Assembly (NCBI GenBank): GCA_019113785.1
Contig: DXGT01000099.1
Location: 1-48,143, forward strand
Direction: 5' to 3'
From: Candidatus Ruthenibacterium merdigallinarum
Lineage (GTDB): Bacteria > Bacillota > Clostridia > Oscillospirales > Ruminococcaceae
Length of the DNA stretch: 48,143 nucleotides
This document shows, piece after piece, positions 18,537-28,916 of this stretch. Position numbers and translations under genes: made by a program. Every line of letters begins with the position of its first letter. Within the stretch, counting starts at the first letter, position 1. Under the pieces are notes generated by a model. It searched no databases and was not told where the DNA came from. It saw nothing but the letters and a program-made list of their open reading frames with translations.

Positions 18537-19717
18537 GCGTCCTCCCCCGGCACGGGGCCGTCGTAAAAGCCCTTGGGCTCGCCGGCTTCGGGCGACGAGA
18601 GGAAGCTCTTCACCCTTGCCGCGATGCGCGCGGCGCTGTCGCCGCCGTTGTACGGGCTTTGCACCGCGGCGGCCGCGGCGCGGAATTCTGCGCTCATCGC
18701 CGTCTGCAGCGCTTTGCGCACGGCATCGCGCTCGGCCTCGCAGCACAGCACGTTCGCGCACAGGATGCGCCCGTCCTGCCGGCGGCCGATGTTCACCGCG
18801 GGCACGCCCAGCGAGGGCGTCTCCACCACGCCGGACGACGAGTTGCCCACCACGGCCGCGCAGTATTTCATGGCCGAGAGGTAGCGCAGCGCGCCCATGC
18901 TGGCGAATGCGATGTAGCGCCCGGGATTGGCCGCGCACACTTCGTCGATGCGGCGGTTGATGTCCTCGCCCCCGGCGTCGGCGTTCGCTTTTGTGAAGAT
19001 GGCGCGCGCGTTCACGTCGTCCATCGCGCCCAAAAGCGCCTCGAGCTGCGCGAGGGGCGACGCGCCCGTGGCCGTCTCGGGGTGGTAGGTCACGAGCAGA
19101 TAGGGTTTTGCAAGGTCAAAGCCGATGCTCTTTGCGAGCGCCGCGCGGCCCAATAGCGGCATCTTGCGCAGATTTTCGTCGCCCAGGCCCCCCACGTTCT
19201 CCACGCGGCGCGGGTCCTCGCCCATGCGGATGACGCGGCGCGCGTACTCCTCGCACGAGGGGAAGTGCAGGCTGGCCATCTTTGTCAGGCAGTGGCGCAT
19301 CCAGTCGTCCACGGCGCCGCGCGTGACGTCCCCGCCCGAGATGTGGATGAGCGGGATGCACAGCATCGCGGCCGCCGCGCCCACGGCGAAGATCTCGTAC
19401 CGGTCGCCCAAGACGAGCACGGCGTCGGGCCGGTGGGCGGTGAAGTAATCGGTGAAGGCCGTGATGGCCTCGGCCGCCGTTTTGGCCATGGCCGCGCGGC
19501 TGGCCGTGCCGTGGCGCAGAATGGGGATGCACGCGGCCGGCGCGGCCCCGTCGGCCTCCAGCTCGCGCACGGTGCGCCCGAACGCGCTCTCGAGGTGCGC
19601 GCCCGTGGCCACGATGACGGGCGCAAGGCCCGGCGTTTTTTCCATCTCCTGCCACACGCGCCGCAAAAGCCCCCACTCGGCGCGCGTGCTCGTCACAATG
19701 CAAACGGTGTGCTCCAT
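18533..19717 (-). CDS. neuC: hydrolysing NDP-sugar 2-epimerase (NeuC/LegG)
   Basis: TSTRAEWG, TGAHL, LGDRYE, HISGGD...D, TYHPET, GNSSSG, NIGRRQDGR. Confidence 0.93.
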   Translation of the reverse strand: MEHTVCIVTSTRAEWGLLRRVWQEMEKTPGLAPVIVATGAHLESAFGRTVRELEADGAAPAACIPILRHGTASRAAMAKTAAEAITAFTDYFTAHRPDAVLVLGDRYEIFAVGAAAAMLCIPLIHISGGDVTRGAVDDWMRHCLTKMASLHFPSCEEYARRVIRMGEDPRRVENVGGLGDENLRKMPLLGRAALAKSIGFDLAKPYLLVTYHPETATGASPLAQLEALLGAMDDVNARAIFTKANADAGGEDINRRIDEVCAANPGRYIAFASMGALRYLSAMKYCAAVVGNSSSGVVETPSLGVPAVNIGRRQDGRILCANVLCCEAERDAVRKALQTAMSAEFRAAAAAVQSPYNGGDSAARIAARVKSFLSSPEAGEPKGFYDGPVPGEDA

Positions 19718-19775
19718 CCTCTGGCGCCCCCTTCCCTGCGCGTTACTGACGCCGCCGCGCTTTTCGCCCGGCGCT

Positions 19776-20771
19776 TTACAAAACGATCTTTTCGTCCTCG
19801 GCAAAGTCCCGCTTCGCCGTTTTCCCCAGCACCTCGTGCCAGCGCATGGGGCTGACGCCGTCGCCCGGGCGCTTCGTCGTGAGGTTTTCCTCGCTGAACG
19901 TTTCGCCCGCGCGGATGGCGCGCTTTGCCACGATGCTCTTGCGCGCGATGGGCCGGTTTTTGGCCTCGCTCTCGGTGACGCGCTTTTTGCCGTCGCCCAG
20001 CGCCAGCTCGACGTTGCGCACGGCGCGCACCATGGCGGCGAGTTCCTCCGGCTCGAGGCTCGCCTTGTGGTCGGGCCCTTCGAGCGTGCGGTCGAGCGTA
20101 AAATGCTTTTCGATGACGCACGCGCCCAGCGCCGCGGCCGCGATGTCGGCCTCGATGCCCAGCGTGTGGTCGGAAAAGCCGACGGGCAGGCCGAACTGCT
20201 CGCGCAGGTCCCGCATGGCCAGCAGGTTTACGTCCCGCATGGGCGTGGGGTACTCGGTGTTGCAGTGCAAGAGCGTGATGTCCTCGCTGCCGCCCTCCTC
20301 GAGCACGCGCAGCGCGTCCTCGATCTCCGAAAGGGCGCTCATGCCCGTAGACAAAATGAGCGGCTTTTTGAGCGCCGCCACTTTTTCGAGGTACGGCAGG
20401 TTCGTGATCTCGCCCGAGGGGATCTTCCACACGGGCATGTCGAGCGTCGCGAGGAAGTCGATGCTCGCGAGGTCGAACGGCGTCGAGAGGTACTGGATGC
20501 CGATCTCCTTACAATAGGCCGCGAGCTCGCGGTGCGCGTCAAAGCCGAAGTGGATGCGCCGCACCATCTCGAGCTGGCTCTCGCCCGCGCCGGTCTGCGC
20601 CTTCTGGTAGTCGGCCTTTTCGGCGAATTTGCTCACGACCTGCTCGGGCACGGCCGTCTGGTATTTCACGATGTCGGCCCCGGCCCGCTTTGCGGCCAGC
20701 GCCATCTCCTTTGCGCGCGCGAGGCTGCCGTTGTGGTTGACGCCCGCCTCGGCGATGATCAAAATGGCCAT
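19776..20771 (-). CDS. neuB: N-acetylneuraminate/legionaminate synthase (NeuB/LegI)
   Basis: IIAEAGVNHNG, KIPSGEITN, LSTGM, LHCNTEYP, GFSDHT, IEKHFTLD, C-terminal SAF domain KRPGDG. Confidence 0.96.
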   Translation of the reverse strand: MAILIIAEAGVNHNGSLARAKEMALAAKRAGADIVKYQTAVPEQVVSKFAEKADYQKAQTGAGESQLEMVRRIHFGFDAHRELAAYCKEIGIQYLSTPFDLASIDFLATLDMPVWKIPSGEITNLPYLEKVAALKKPLILSTGMSALSEIEDALRVLEEGGSEDITLLHCNTEYPTPMRDVNLLAMRDLREQFGLPVGFSDHTLGIEADIAAAALGACVIEKHFTLDRTLEGPDHKASLEPEELAAMVRAVRNVELALGDGKKRVTESEAKNRPIARKSIVAKRAIRAGETFSEENLTTKRPGDGVSPMRWHEVLGKTAKRDFAEDEKIVL

Positions 20772-20790
20772 GGATGCCTTTTCCTCCCTT

Positions 20791-21834
20791 TCAGTGCTGC
20801 TGCTCGAGCCGCCGGCGCATGTTCTCAAGCTCCTCGAGCTGGCCCATGTCCATCCAGCTCTGCTCGCTGACGGGGTACACGCCCACGCGCCCGCCGCCCT
20901 CGCGCACGCGCTCGATCAGCTCGGTGAACGGGGTGAGGCGGCCCGGCTCGATGAGCTCGATGACCGACGGCTCCACCACGTACAGCCCCGTGTTGATGTA
21001 AAAGCTCATGTGCGGCTTTTCGCGCATGCCCGTGAGCACGCCGCCCTGCTGCTCCACCACGCCGTAGGGGATGGTGTAGTCCTTGAGCGAGCAGACCATC
21101 GTGATGACGTTTCGGTTGTCGCGGTGGAACTCGTAGAGCTTGCCGAAATCGGCGTCGACGAGGATGTCGCAGTTCGTCAGAAAGAACGTGCCGGGCAGCT
21201 TGTCCCGCAAAAGGCGCAGCCCGCCGCCCGTGCCCAGCGGCTTGTCCTCGTCGGCATACTCCACCTCGTAGGGCTTTTCCAGCTCGTTGAAATACGATTT
21301 GATCATGCCCTTTTTGTAGTTGACCACCAGCGAAAAACGATGGCAGCCAGAGGCGTAAAAGCGGTTCATGATGTGCTCGGCGATGGGCACGTCGCCCACG
21401 GGGATGAGGGGTTTGGGCAGGATCTTCGTGTACGGGTACAGCCTTGTGCCAAGGCCGCCCGCCATCATCACCACGGGGATGTCCACCTTCGTGGTGACGT
21501 CGACGTCGAGGCCGCTGGCGAACTCGACGTCCGCGATGCGCCCCTCTTCGTCCAGCAGCGGCAGCGCGTTGATGCCGTGGCGCGCGATGACGCGCCGCGC
21601 CTCGCCCGCGCGCGCGAGCGGCAGGCTGATGGGCCGGTAGTTCGCCATGGCGCGCACGGGCGCGTCCAGCCCGCCGCCCGCCAGCAGATGGCGGCGCACG
21701 TCGCCGTCCGTCACAACGGCGCGCAGTTTGCCGCCCGGCGCCGCGAACAGCACCTTGCAGCCCGTGGCGTCCAGCTGTTTGAGCGCGTCGAGCACGCTCG
21801 CGTTTTCATCGACGATCAAGTCTTCGATGCGCAT
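20791..21834 (-). CDS. CBS-domain sugar-phosphate nucleotidyltransferase (PtmE/LegX-like)
   Basis: N-terminal CBS pair (TDGDVRR), then MAGGLGTRLYPYT..PKPL, EDKPLGTGG, NCDI, WMDMG. Confidence 0.9.
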   Translation of the reverse strand: MRIEDLIVDENASVLDALKQLDATGCKVLFAAPGGKLRAVVTDGDVRRHLLAGGGLDAPVRAMANYRPISLPLARAGEARRVIARHGINALPLLDEEGRIADVEFASGLDVDVTTKVDIPVVMMAGGLGTRLYPYTKILPKPLIPVGDVPIAEHIMNRFYASGCHRFSLVVNYKKGMIKSYFNELEKPYEVEYADEDKPLGTGGGLRLLRDKLPGTFFLTNCDILVDADFGKLYEFHRDNRNVITMVCSLKDYTIPYGVVEQQGGVLTGMREKPHMSFYINTGLYVVEPSVIELIEPGRLTPFTELIERVREGGGRVGVYPVSEQSWMDMGQLEELENMRRRLEQQH

Positions 21835-21873
21835 TCGTTCTCTTCTCCCCCCGTCGCGGGCGCTGCCGCGGTT

Positions 21874-23037
21874 TTACAGGCTCAAAAGCACGTCGGCCAC
21901 GCGCTGGGCGTCGGCCTCGGTGAGGTTTGTCGAGCACGGCAGGTTCACCACGCGCTCGAGGTAGTGGCGCGCGAGCTGCGTGCCGTAGTGCGCGTTTTTG
22001 GGGTAGTCGGCCTGGTCCTGGATGAGGCCCCAGATGGGCCGCGTCTGGATGCCCTCTTCGCGCAGCTTTTCAATGATCGCATCGCGCGAGAGCGCGTGGC
22101 CGTCCTCGACGTAGAGGCTGTAGAACCAGTGGTTCGAGCGCACGCCCTCGCGGAAGGGCAGGATGCGGTAGTGGTGTTTGCCGTCGAGCTTTTCGCGGTA
22201 GAATTCGTACATGCGCGTCTTGTGCTCGATGAAGCCCTCGAGCTGCTCGAGCTGCGCGAGGCCCAGCGCCGCCTGCAAATTCGTCATGCGGTAGTTGTAG
22301 CCCACTTCGTCGTGCTTGTAATTCAGCTCGTCCGACTTCGCCTGCGTGGACAGGTGCTTTGCCCGTTCGAGCCAGTCGGCGTGGTTCGACACCACCATGC
22401 CGCCCGCGCCCGTGGTGATGATCTTGTTGCCGTTGAAGCTGTACACGCCGATATCGCCGATGGTGCCCGCGTACTTGCCCGCGTAGCGCCCCTCGGTGTA
22501 GCGCGTGCCCAGCGCCTCGGTGGCGTCCTCGATGACGGTGAGGCGCCACTTTGCGGCGAGGTCCATGATGCCCTCCATCGCGGCCATGTTGCCGAACACG
22601 TGCACGACGACGATGGCCTTGATGACGGCGCCCGTGGTGCGGTTGACGCACACGCCGTCGCGCACGACGGCGTTCTGCTCGAGAAACTCGCGCGCAAGCG
22701 TCGGGCACAGGCACAGGCTGTCGCCGCAGCCGATGAACACCGGCTCGGCCCCGGCGTAGCGGATGGGGTTGACCGCCGCGATGAACGTCAGCGTGGGGGC
22801 CAGCACCTCGTCGCCGCGGCCGACGCCCGCCATCATCATGGCCAGATGCAGCCCGGACGTGCCGGAGTTGCACGCCACGGCGCGCGGCATGTGCACATAA
22901 TCGGCGACGGCCTGTTCAAACTCCGCCACCTTGCTGCCGCCCGTGGACACCCACTCGCTGACGACCGCGTCGTTGACATACTCCTTTTCCCGGCCGGAAA
23001 AATTCGGCACGGACAGCGGGATAAAATGCTTTTCCAT
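21874..23037 (-). CDS. legC: LegC family PLP-dependent aminotransferase (DegT/DnrJ/EryC1/StrS)
   Basis: IPLSVP, WVST.G, NSGTSGLH, TFIAAVNPI, VHVFGN, EDATEALG, SFNGNKIITTGAGG. Confidence 0.92.
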   Translation of the reverse strand: MEKHFIPLSVPNFSGREKEYVNDAVVSEWVSTGGSKVAEFEQAVADYVHMPRAVACNSGTSGLHLAMMMAGVGRGDEVLAPTLTFIAAVNPIRYAGAEPVFIGCGDSLCLCPTLAREFLEQNAVVRDGVCVNRTTGAVIKAIVVVHVFGNMAAMEGIMDLAAKWRLTVIEDATEALGTRYTEGRYAGKYAGTIGDIGVYSFNGNKIITTGAGGMVVSNHADWLERAKHLSTQAKSDELNYKHDEVGYNYRMTNLQAALGLAQLEQLEGFIEHKTRMYEFYREKLDGKHHYRILPFREGVRSNHWFYSLYVEDGHALSRDAIIEKLREEGIQTRPIWGLIQDQADYPKNAHYGTQLARHYLERVVNLPCSTNLTEADAQRVADVLLSL

Positions 23038-23138
23038 CTTGTTTCCACTCCCTCGTGTGTATTTTTTGCGATAGGCAAGTTTTTTTGTATCGGCTGCCGG
23101 CGCGCGCAAGAGCGCCCGCGGCCCCAAAGGGCCGGCTC

Positions 23139-23801
23139 TCACGCCCGCTTTTTGCCGTGCGCCAGCATGAACGCGCGCAAAACGCGCAGCGCGTCGGCCA
23201 GCGCGCGCAGCGCCGCCGCGATCAGCAGAGGCGCGGCGGCCATGGCCAGAAGCCACGGGCGCGTGGGCGTCAGGCGATCGGCCAGCGAGCGCGGCGCGTT
23301 GAGCGTGATCGACTCGAACCGCACCTCGACGCCCTCGTAGATGCCGGGGTCGATGCGGAGGCCGTAAATGCGCGAGGCCGGCAGCGTGAACGTGTAGCTG
23401 CCGTCGTCCTCCTGATGCGCCCACTCGCGGTAGTTCGCGTCAAACTCCTCCATGCCGGGCGCGGGCTTATAGAACACGCAGAACTCGCCCGGGTCTACGC
23501 CCGTGAACTCGGCGCGCACCGTGACGGTGCGCACATAGGCCGGCGCGTCGCGCAGCGTCATGCGCGGGTCGTACGAGGTGGAGCGGCAGATATCGCCCTC
23601 GCGCTCGATGTCGACGAGGTCGAAATCCTCCACCGTCACCTGCGCCTCGGCGACGTTGCCCAGCAGGCGCTGCACGCCGTCCTCGGCCCAGCCCAGCACG
23701 GCCGCCAGCACGCTGCCCGCGAAGAACAGCGCGTAGCACGCGGCGATGAGCCGCCGGCTGTCGCCGATGAGCGCCGAGAGGGCTTTTGCCAGTTTTTTCA
23801 T
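23139..23801 (-). CDS. hypothetical membrane protein with a beta-rich extracytoplasmic domain
   Basis: N- and C-terminal TM segments flank an acidic beta-rich domain (YGLRIDPG); ATGA overlap with the upstream gene. Confidence 0.7.
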   Translation of the reverse strand: MKKLAKALSALIGDSRRLIAACYALFFAGSVLAAVLGWAEDGVQRLLGNVAEAQVTVEDFDLVDIEREGDICRSTSYDPRMTLRDAPAYVRTVTVRAEFTGVDPGEFCVFYKPAPGMEEFDANYREWAHQEDDGSYTFTLPASRIYGLRIDPGIYEGVEVRFESITLNAPRSLADRLTPTRPWLLAMAAAPLLIAAALRALADALRVLRAFMLAHGKKRA

Positions 23802-25867
23802 TCGCGCAGCCCCCCTTCCGGCACGGGGACAAAGCGCATGTCCTGCGCCCCGCCCTCGATGCGGTACACGCGCGCGCCGCTCGAAAGCCCGTCCTCAAAC
23901 AGATGGCCGTACGCGCCCGCAAACGCGCCGTCGATGGCGTCGAGATACAGCGCCGTGCAGCCCGTGTCGGCGAGGTACCGGCACAGCACCTCGGGCGAGA
24001 GGCCGTGCGTCGTGTAGTATTCGCACTGCTCGCCGGTGAAGTAGTCCGGCATGGCCAGCGGGCCGGGCACGGCGTACGTGTACACGGTCTCGCCGTCCTC
24101 GTCCTGCGCGGCCGTCACCAGGCTGCCGCCGCCGAAGCTGTAATCCACGTTCACATCGGGGTAGAACTCGTAATAGTCCATGAACCAGCTGCGGCCGTCG
24201 TCGCCCATCGAGACGTAGAACACCTTGTCCTGCGCGCCCAGCACGGTTTTCGCCTGCCCGACCACCTGCGCGTCGGCCGCGCGCATGGCGTAGTAGCTCT
24301 CGGGGAAGTCGACGACGGACAGCTGCGGGCGCACAAAGCTGGCCGTGCGCCAGCACGAGAACGCCGCGAGCGCTGTGAGCGCGCCCATGCCCACCACGCG
24401 GCCGCGCGCGCCGCGCAGCGACCAGCACAGCATGGCCACGGCCGCCAGCAGCCAGCCCAGATAGTACGGGTAGATGTAGCGGTTGTAATTCGTCATCTCG
24501 GACGAGACGGGGAAAATGTAGATGTAGGTGAAGCCCGTGAAGATGTAAAACGCCGCAAAGCCCAGCGTGGACCACAGCGCAAACCACCCCACGCCCGCGC
24601 GCCGGCCCTTGCCGGCGTACCACCACGCCAGCGCCAGCACGCCCAGCGTGACGGCCGCGATCACCGCGCCCGAGCCGTTGAAGAGCCGCCCCAGCGCGCC
24701 GGGCAGGCCCAGCTGGAACTCGGACAGGCTCGTTGTGTAAAACGCCTGCCACATCTGCCCCATCACGCGGGAAAAGCGCTCGGTGCGGCCGACGCCGCAC
24801 AGCTCGGCGACGCCGGTGAACAGCATCTGGAACATGGTCATGTTCTGGTCGCCGCCAAGCTCTGTGGCGCTGACGCCCGAGAGCGACGAGCGGTACAGCG
24901 CCCAGACCACATACGGCGCGACGGCGCACGCGCACAGCGCGGCGCACCAGAAGAGCTTTGCCGGCAGGCCCGAAAAGCGCAGGAGGCGCACGTCCTGCCG
25001 CTTTTGCACAAACAGCAGGTCAAAGCAGAGTAGCGCCGCCGCGATGAGCGCGAGCGCAAAGCCCATCTCTTTCGACAGGCACGTCACGGCCACGGCCAGC
25101 CCCGCCGTGACGAGCAGCGCCGGGCTTTTTTCGCGCGAGGCGAAATACAGCGCCAGCGGCGCGCCGAACAGAAGGCCCATGGGGATGTCGGCGTAGCTTG
25201 TGAGGTAGGCGGTGCAGAGGTACAAAACGCGCGTGTACACCGTGAGCAGGTACGGCAGCAGCACCAGCACCGTGCCGCCGAGCGCGGCCGCGGGCCAGTG
25301 CTTTTTCCTCAGGCCGGACAGCGCCGCCGCGTAGATGGCAAACAGCAGGATGTCGTAGGCGGCGTACACCTTCCACGGCACGAACGACGCGCCGAGGTAC
25401 TGGAACAGGTAGCTGAGCATCACGAGCCCCGGCGCGTACGAGGTGACGCGCATCTCGGTGTCCACCACGGTGTACAAAAGGTTCGTGTGCTTGACGACCT
25501 TGGGCGCGATGCCCCAGAAGCTGAATTCGTCCCACTCGGTGAACACGGGCTGGCGCAGCGCGAACAGCGTGATGATGGCCGCGCCCGCCAGCACGAAGAA
25601 CACGGTGGACGGCGCGACGAGCGCCTTCTGTGCAAGGCGCGCGCGGTTTTTAAAACACCACGCGGCCGCCAGCGCCGCCAGCGCGAACCACACGGCCCCC
25701 GCGGGCAAAAGCAGCTTGAGGCACCCCGCGCCCGAGAGCCACAGAATGGCCCCGCACAGCGCCGCCAGCGGCGCCGCGCCCGCGGGCAGGCGCGTTTTGC
25801 CGGCGAGGAAGGCGCTTTGCGCGCACAGCGCCGCAAAGGTGACGATCGATTCGATCCAGGCAGTCAA
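23798..25867 (-). CDS. polytopic membrane protein, putative GT-C fold glycosyltransferase
   Basis: More than 12 hydrophobic segments, WDEFSFWG acidic loop motif, YAPG, K-E-x-G, RY; TTG start at 25867 behind AAGGAG. Confidence 0.6.
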   Translation of the reverse strand: MTAWIESIVTFAALCAQSAFLAGKTRLPAGAAPLAALCGAILWLSGAGCLKLLLPAGAVWFALAALAAAWCFKNRARLAQKALVAPSTVFFVLAGAAIITLFALRQPVFTEWDEFSFWGIAPKVVKHTNLLYTVVDTEMRVTSYAPGLVMLSYLFQYLGASFVPWKVYAAYDILLFAIYAAALSGLRKKHWPAAALGGTVLVLLPYLLTVYTRVLYLCTAYLTSYADIPMGLLFGAPLALYFASREKSPALLVTAGLAVAVTCLSKEMGFALALIAAALLCFDLLFVQKRQDVRLLRFSGLPAKLFWCAALCACAVAPYVVWALYRSSLSGVSATELGGDQNMTMFQMLFTGVAELCGVGRTERFSRVMGQMWQAFYTTSLSEFQLGLPGALGRLFNGSGAVIAAVTLGVLALAWWYAGKGRRAGVGWFALWSTLGFAAFYIFTGFTYIYIFPVSSEMTNYNRYIYPYYLGWLLAAVAMLCWSLRGARGRVVGMGALTALAAFSCWRTASFVRPQLSVVDFPESYYAMRAADAQVVGQAKTVLGAQDKVFYVSMGDDGRSWFMDYYEFYPDVNVDYSFGGGSLVTAAQDEDGETVYTYAVPGPLAMPDYFTGEQCEYYTTHGLSPEVLCRYLADTGCTALYLDAIDGAFAGAYGHLFEDGLSSGARVYRIEGGAQDMRFVPVPEGGLRE

Positions 25868-25884
25868 AACGGAAAAACTCCTTA

Positions 25885-25916
25885 TTTCGTTCAGGTTTTC
25901 GTTCGGGTTTTCGTTC
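25885..25916. repeat. 12-bp tandem repeat (about 2.7 copies) just upstream of an RBS
   Basis: tttcgttcaggt / tttcgttcgggt / tttcgttc. Confidence 0.6.
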
Positions 25917-25945
25917 AAAAGGCCGCGCCTGCCGCGCCCGGCGCG

Positions 25946-27571
25946 TCAGGGCCCCAGGTAATAGCTTTGGAACAGCAGGATGGCGCTCAGCGCCGCGTAG
26001 CAGTAAGAGATGTGCAGCATGCGCCACGCGGGGGGCGTTTTCTGCGCCTTTGCGCGCTGCGCGTCCTGCAAGGCCATCGTGCGGCCGAGCAGCGCCGCCG
26101 CCGCCGCGAACACGCAGAAGAACGCGCCCAGCAGATAGCGCGTCTGCACGCCGTTGATCTCCGGCAGCGTGACGGGCGTGCTGGTGAGGTACATGCCCGT
26201 GTACGTCGTGGCGTACAAAAGCGCCGCGCACACGCCCATCAGCCAGATGTTGCGCAGCTTTTCCTGCGCGGCCTCCCACGCGCACAGCCCCGCCGCAAAC
26301 AGCCAGACCATGGGCGTGAAGTAGTTGACGAACGGCACGCTCATGTCCATCCAGCCGAACGAGCCGGCGGAGAAGAGGTTGGCTTTGTCGCGGTAGAGCG
26401 AATAGACGAACACCGCGGCGTAGCGCACGGGGTTTTGCAGGATGAAGGCCAGCTGCGCCGCCGGGTCGACGCCCGTGTCGGCGTAGGGCACGCGGCCGTA
26501 GTTGCTGGCGAGCGCCGTGTACGCCGACAGCGCCTCATAGAGCACAAACGCCGCCGCCGCGCACGCGAGGGCCGCGGCGAGGAGCTTTTTCCTCGCGCGC
26601 TTTGCCTCCTCTTTCGCAAGGCCCTGCTTTTCGGGCGCGAGCAGCGCCAAAAGCGGCAGCATGCCCACGGCGGTGAACTTGATGTAGAACATGGCCGCAA
26701 AGCACGCGGCCAGCGCCGCGGCGCGCTTTTGGGTGAGCGCGCCCGAAAGGCACACGCCGAGGAACACCCACGACGCGCCGAGGAACATGGCGTCCGGGCT
26801 GCACGAGGCCGCGATGAACAGCGCGATGGGCGAGGCCATCAGCGCGATGAGCACCGGCAGGTACCGGCGCGCAAGGCGCACGGCAGCGCCGCACAGCAGC
26901 GCGTAGAACGCGAGGTTCGCCGCGCGCGCCAGATACAGGCACGCCAGCGCGTCGGCGCCGAACAGCCGCCCGGCCGCGATGCCGGCGGCCTGCGGCAGAT
27001 AGTAGAAAAACTGCTGCGTGACGGTGCTGGCGTTCGGCGCGGCGGCCTCCTCGCCGTCGAGGATGGCGCGGTAGCGCTCAAAGCCGTCCGTCATGGAGGC
27101 CGTGCCCGGCGCGATCAGCTCCTGGTTGTAAAAGCCGGGGAACGCCGCGGCCAGCGCGTCGACGTCGGCGGGGTAGTCCTTATTCTGGTCGAACGTGAAA
27201 TCGCCCATGCCCAGCGCGTAGCTGCGCACGAAGTGCATCGTCTCGTCCGGCGCCTGCAGGGGCGGGTTGGCCGCGGCGAAGCACGCGCCCGCGCAGAAGA
27301 TGAGCACGGCCGTTTTCACCGCGAGGCGCTGGCGCACAAAATGCGCGCACAGAAACACCGCGAGGTACATCGCGCTGAAAAACGCGCACACGAGCAGCGT
27401 GGCCGTGCCCGGCGAAAAGTAGGCAAAGCCGTACTCGAGCCGCCAGTAGTACACGAGCGCCGCGCCGCACAAGAGGATGAACGCGTAGCCCAGCGCCCAG
27501 CGCACGCCGCTTTTCTGCCAAAGGCGCTTTGCGCCGTCCAGCGCGCGCTTTGCGCCGCTTTCGCCCCTCAC
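25946..27571 (-). CDS. DUF2142-type membrane protein (GT-C-like)
   Basis: PPLQAPDETMH, YLPQAAG, AR..N, S.SPD, GSFGWMD, GVQTRY. Confidence 0.8.
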   Translation of the reverse strand: MRGESGAKRALDGAKRLWQKSGVRWALGYAFILLCGAALVYYWRLEYGFAYFSPGTATLLVCAFFSAMYLAVFLCAHFVRQRLAVKTAVLIFCAGACFAAANPPLQAPDETMHFVRSYALGMGDFTFDQNKDYPADVDALAAAFPGFYNQELIAPGTASMTDGFERYRAILDGEEAAAPNASTVTQQFFYYLPQAAGIAAGRLFGADALACLYLARAANLAFYALLCGAAVRLARRYLPVLIALMASPIALFIAASCSPDAMFLGASWVFLGVCLSGALTQKRAAALAACFAAMFYIKFTAVGMLPLLALLAPEKQGLAKEEAKRARKKLLAAALACAAAAFVLYEALSAYTALASNYGRVPYADTGVDPAAQLAFILQNPVRYAAVFVYSLYRDKANLFSAGSFGWMDMSVPFVNYFTPMVWLFAAGLCAWEAAQEKLRNIWLMGVCAALLYATTYTGMYLTSTPVTLPEINGVQTRYLLGAFFCVFAAAAALLGRTMALQDAQRAKAQKTPPAWRMLHISYCYAALSAILLFQSYYLGP

Positions 27572-28551
27572 AGCGCGTAGACGCCCACGCGGAAGCTCTC
27601 CATGTGCTCCCGGATCCAGGCGATGGTCTCGGCGAGGCCCTGCTCGAACGTGTATTTCGGCGCCCAGCCCGTCATGGCGCGCAGCTTGGCGGCGCTGCCG
27701 AGCAGCTGGTTCACTTCGCTCTTCTCCGGGCGCATGCGCTCTTCTTCACACACGACGCGCGCCTCGGGGCTAATCTGGCGGATCAGCTCCTGCGCCAGCT
27801 CGCCGATGCTGATCTCGCGGCCGGTGGCGATGTTGATCTCCTCGCCGATGGCCTTGTCGCACGCCGCGATGGCCATGAAGCCGGCCACCGTGTCCTTGAC
27901 GTAGTTGAAATCCCGCGTGGGGGTGAGGCTGCCGAGCTTGATCTCCTTGGCGCCGGACAAAAGCTGCGTGATGATGGTGGGGATGACCGCGCGGCCCGAC
28001 TGGCGCGGCCCGTAGGTGTTGAACGGGCGCACGATCGTGACCGGCAGGCCGAAGCTGCGGTAGAAGCTCTCGGCCAGGCGGTCGGCGCCGATCTTCGTGG
28101 CCGAGTACGGGCTCTGGCCCTGGAAGGGGTGCTTTTCGTCGATGGGCACATACTGCGCGGTGCCGTACACCTCGCTGGTGGAGGTGACGAGCAGGCGCTG
28201 CGTGCCGGTGTCGCGCGCGGCGTTGAGCACGTTCAGCGTGCCCTTGATGTTCGTGTCGACATAGCTGTCGGGCGAGTGGTAGCTGAACGGGATGGCGATC
28301 AGCGCCGCCAGGTGGTACACCACGTCCTGCCCTTTCATGGCGGTGCGCACGCCGTTGGGGTCGCGGACGTCGCCCATGAACACTTCGATCTCGTTTTTGA
28401 TCTCGGCGGGCAGCGTGTCGATCCAGCCCCATTTGCCGAACGAGTTGTAATAGCAGAACGCCTTCACGCGGTGGCCCGCGCGCACGAGTTCCTCGGTGAG
28501 GTGGCTGCCGATGAAGCCGTCGGCCCCGGTGACCATGACAGTGTTGGACAT
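27568..28551 (-). CDS. legB: NAD-dependent sugar-nucleotide 4,6-dehydratase LegB
   Basis: TGADGFIGSHL, YNSFGKWGW, HLAALIAIPFSY.SP.SYVDTN, STSEVYG, SPYSATK; start ATG 28551. Confidence 0.92.
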   Translation of the reverse strand: MSNTVMVTGADGFIGSHLTEELVRAGHRVKAFCYYNSFGKWGWIDTLPAEIKNEIEVFMGDVRDPNGVRTAMKGQDVVYHLAALIAIPFSYHSPDSYVDTNIKGTLNVLNAARDTGTQRLLVTSTSEVYGTAQYVPIDEKHPFQGQSPYSATKIGADRLAESFYRSFGLPVTIVRPFNTYGPRQSGRAVIPTIITQLLSGAKEIKLGSLTPTRDFNYVKDTVAGFMAIAACDKAIGEEINIATGREISIGELAQELIRQISPEARVVCEEERMRPEKSEVNQLLGSAAKLRAMTGWAPKYTFEQGLAETIAWIREHMESFRVGVYAL

Positions 28552-28669
28552 ATCGTTTTCTCCTTTTTTGCGAGCGTTTTGCAGCTGTGCGCATGGGCCG
28601 CGGCGGTTTCTTTCGCGCAAGCGCCGCACAGGGCCGCGCCGGGCCGCCAAAAGCCCATAATCATAAGAT

Positions 28670-28698
28670 AGTATAATACAATTCGGCCCCGATGGCAA
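28670..28698 (-). promoter_or_regulatory. sigma-A promoter for the leg operon
   Basis: TTGCCA-17 nt-TATACT. Confidence 0.6.
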
Positions 28699-28734
28699 CC
28701 TGCGCGGCGCGATTTTTGCCTTTGCGCGCGAGGG

Positions 28735-28763
28735 TTTACAAACCCGCCGCCGGACTTTATAAT
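28735..28763 (+). promoter_or_regulatory. sigma-A promoter for the MBOAT operon (back-to-back with the leg promoter)
   Basis: TTTACA-17 nt-TATAAT. Confidence 0.7.
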
Positions 28764-28916
28764 GAGGAAGGAGCTTTTTTGCGCCCCTTACTTCGCCCCG
28801 CGCGCCGTTTGCGCCGGGTTTTTGCGAAGCGGGCGAAAGAAAAAGCGCGCGCCCTTTGCCGGCGCGCTGCGAAAAAAAACGCGCGCCGGCATGGCGGCGC
28901 GCACGGGAGTTTTGCG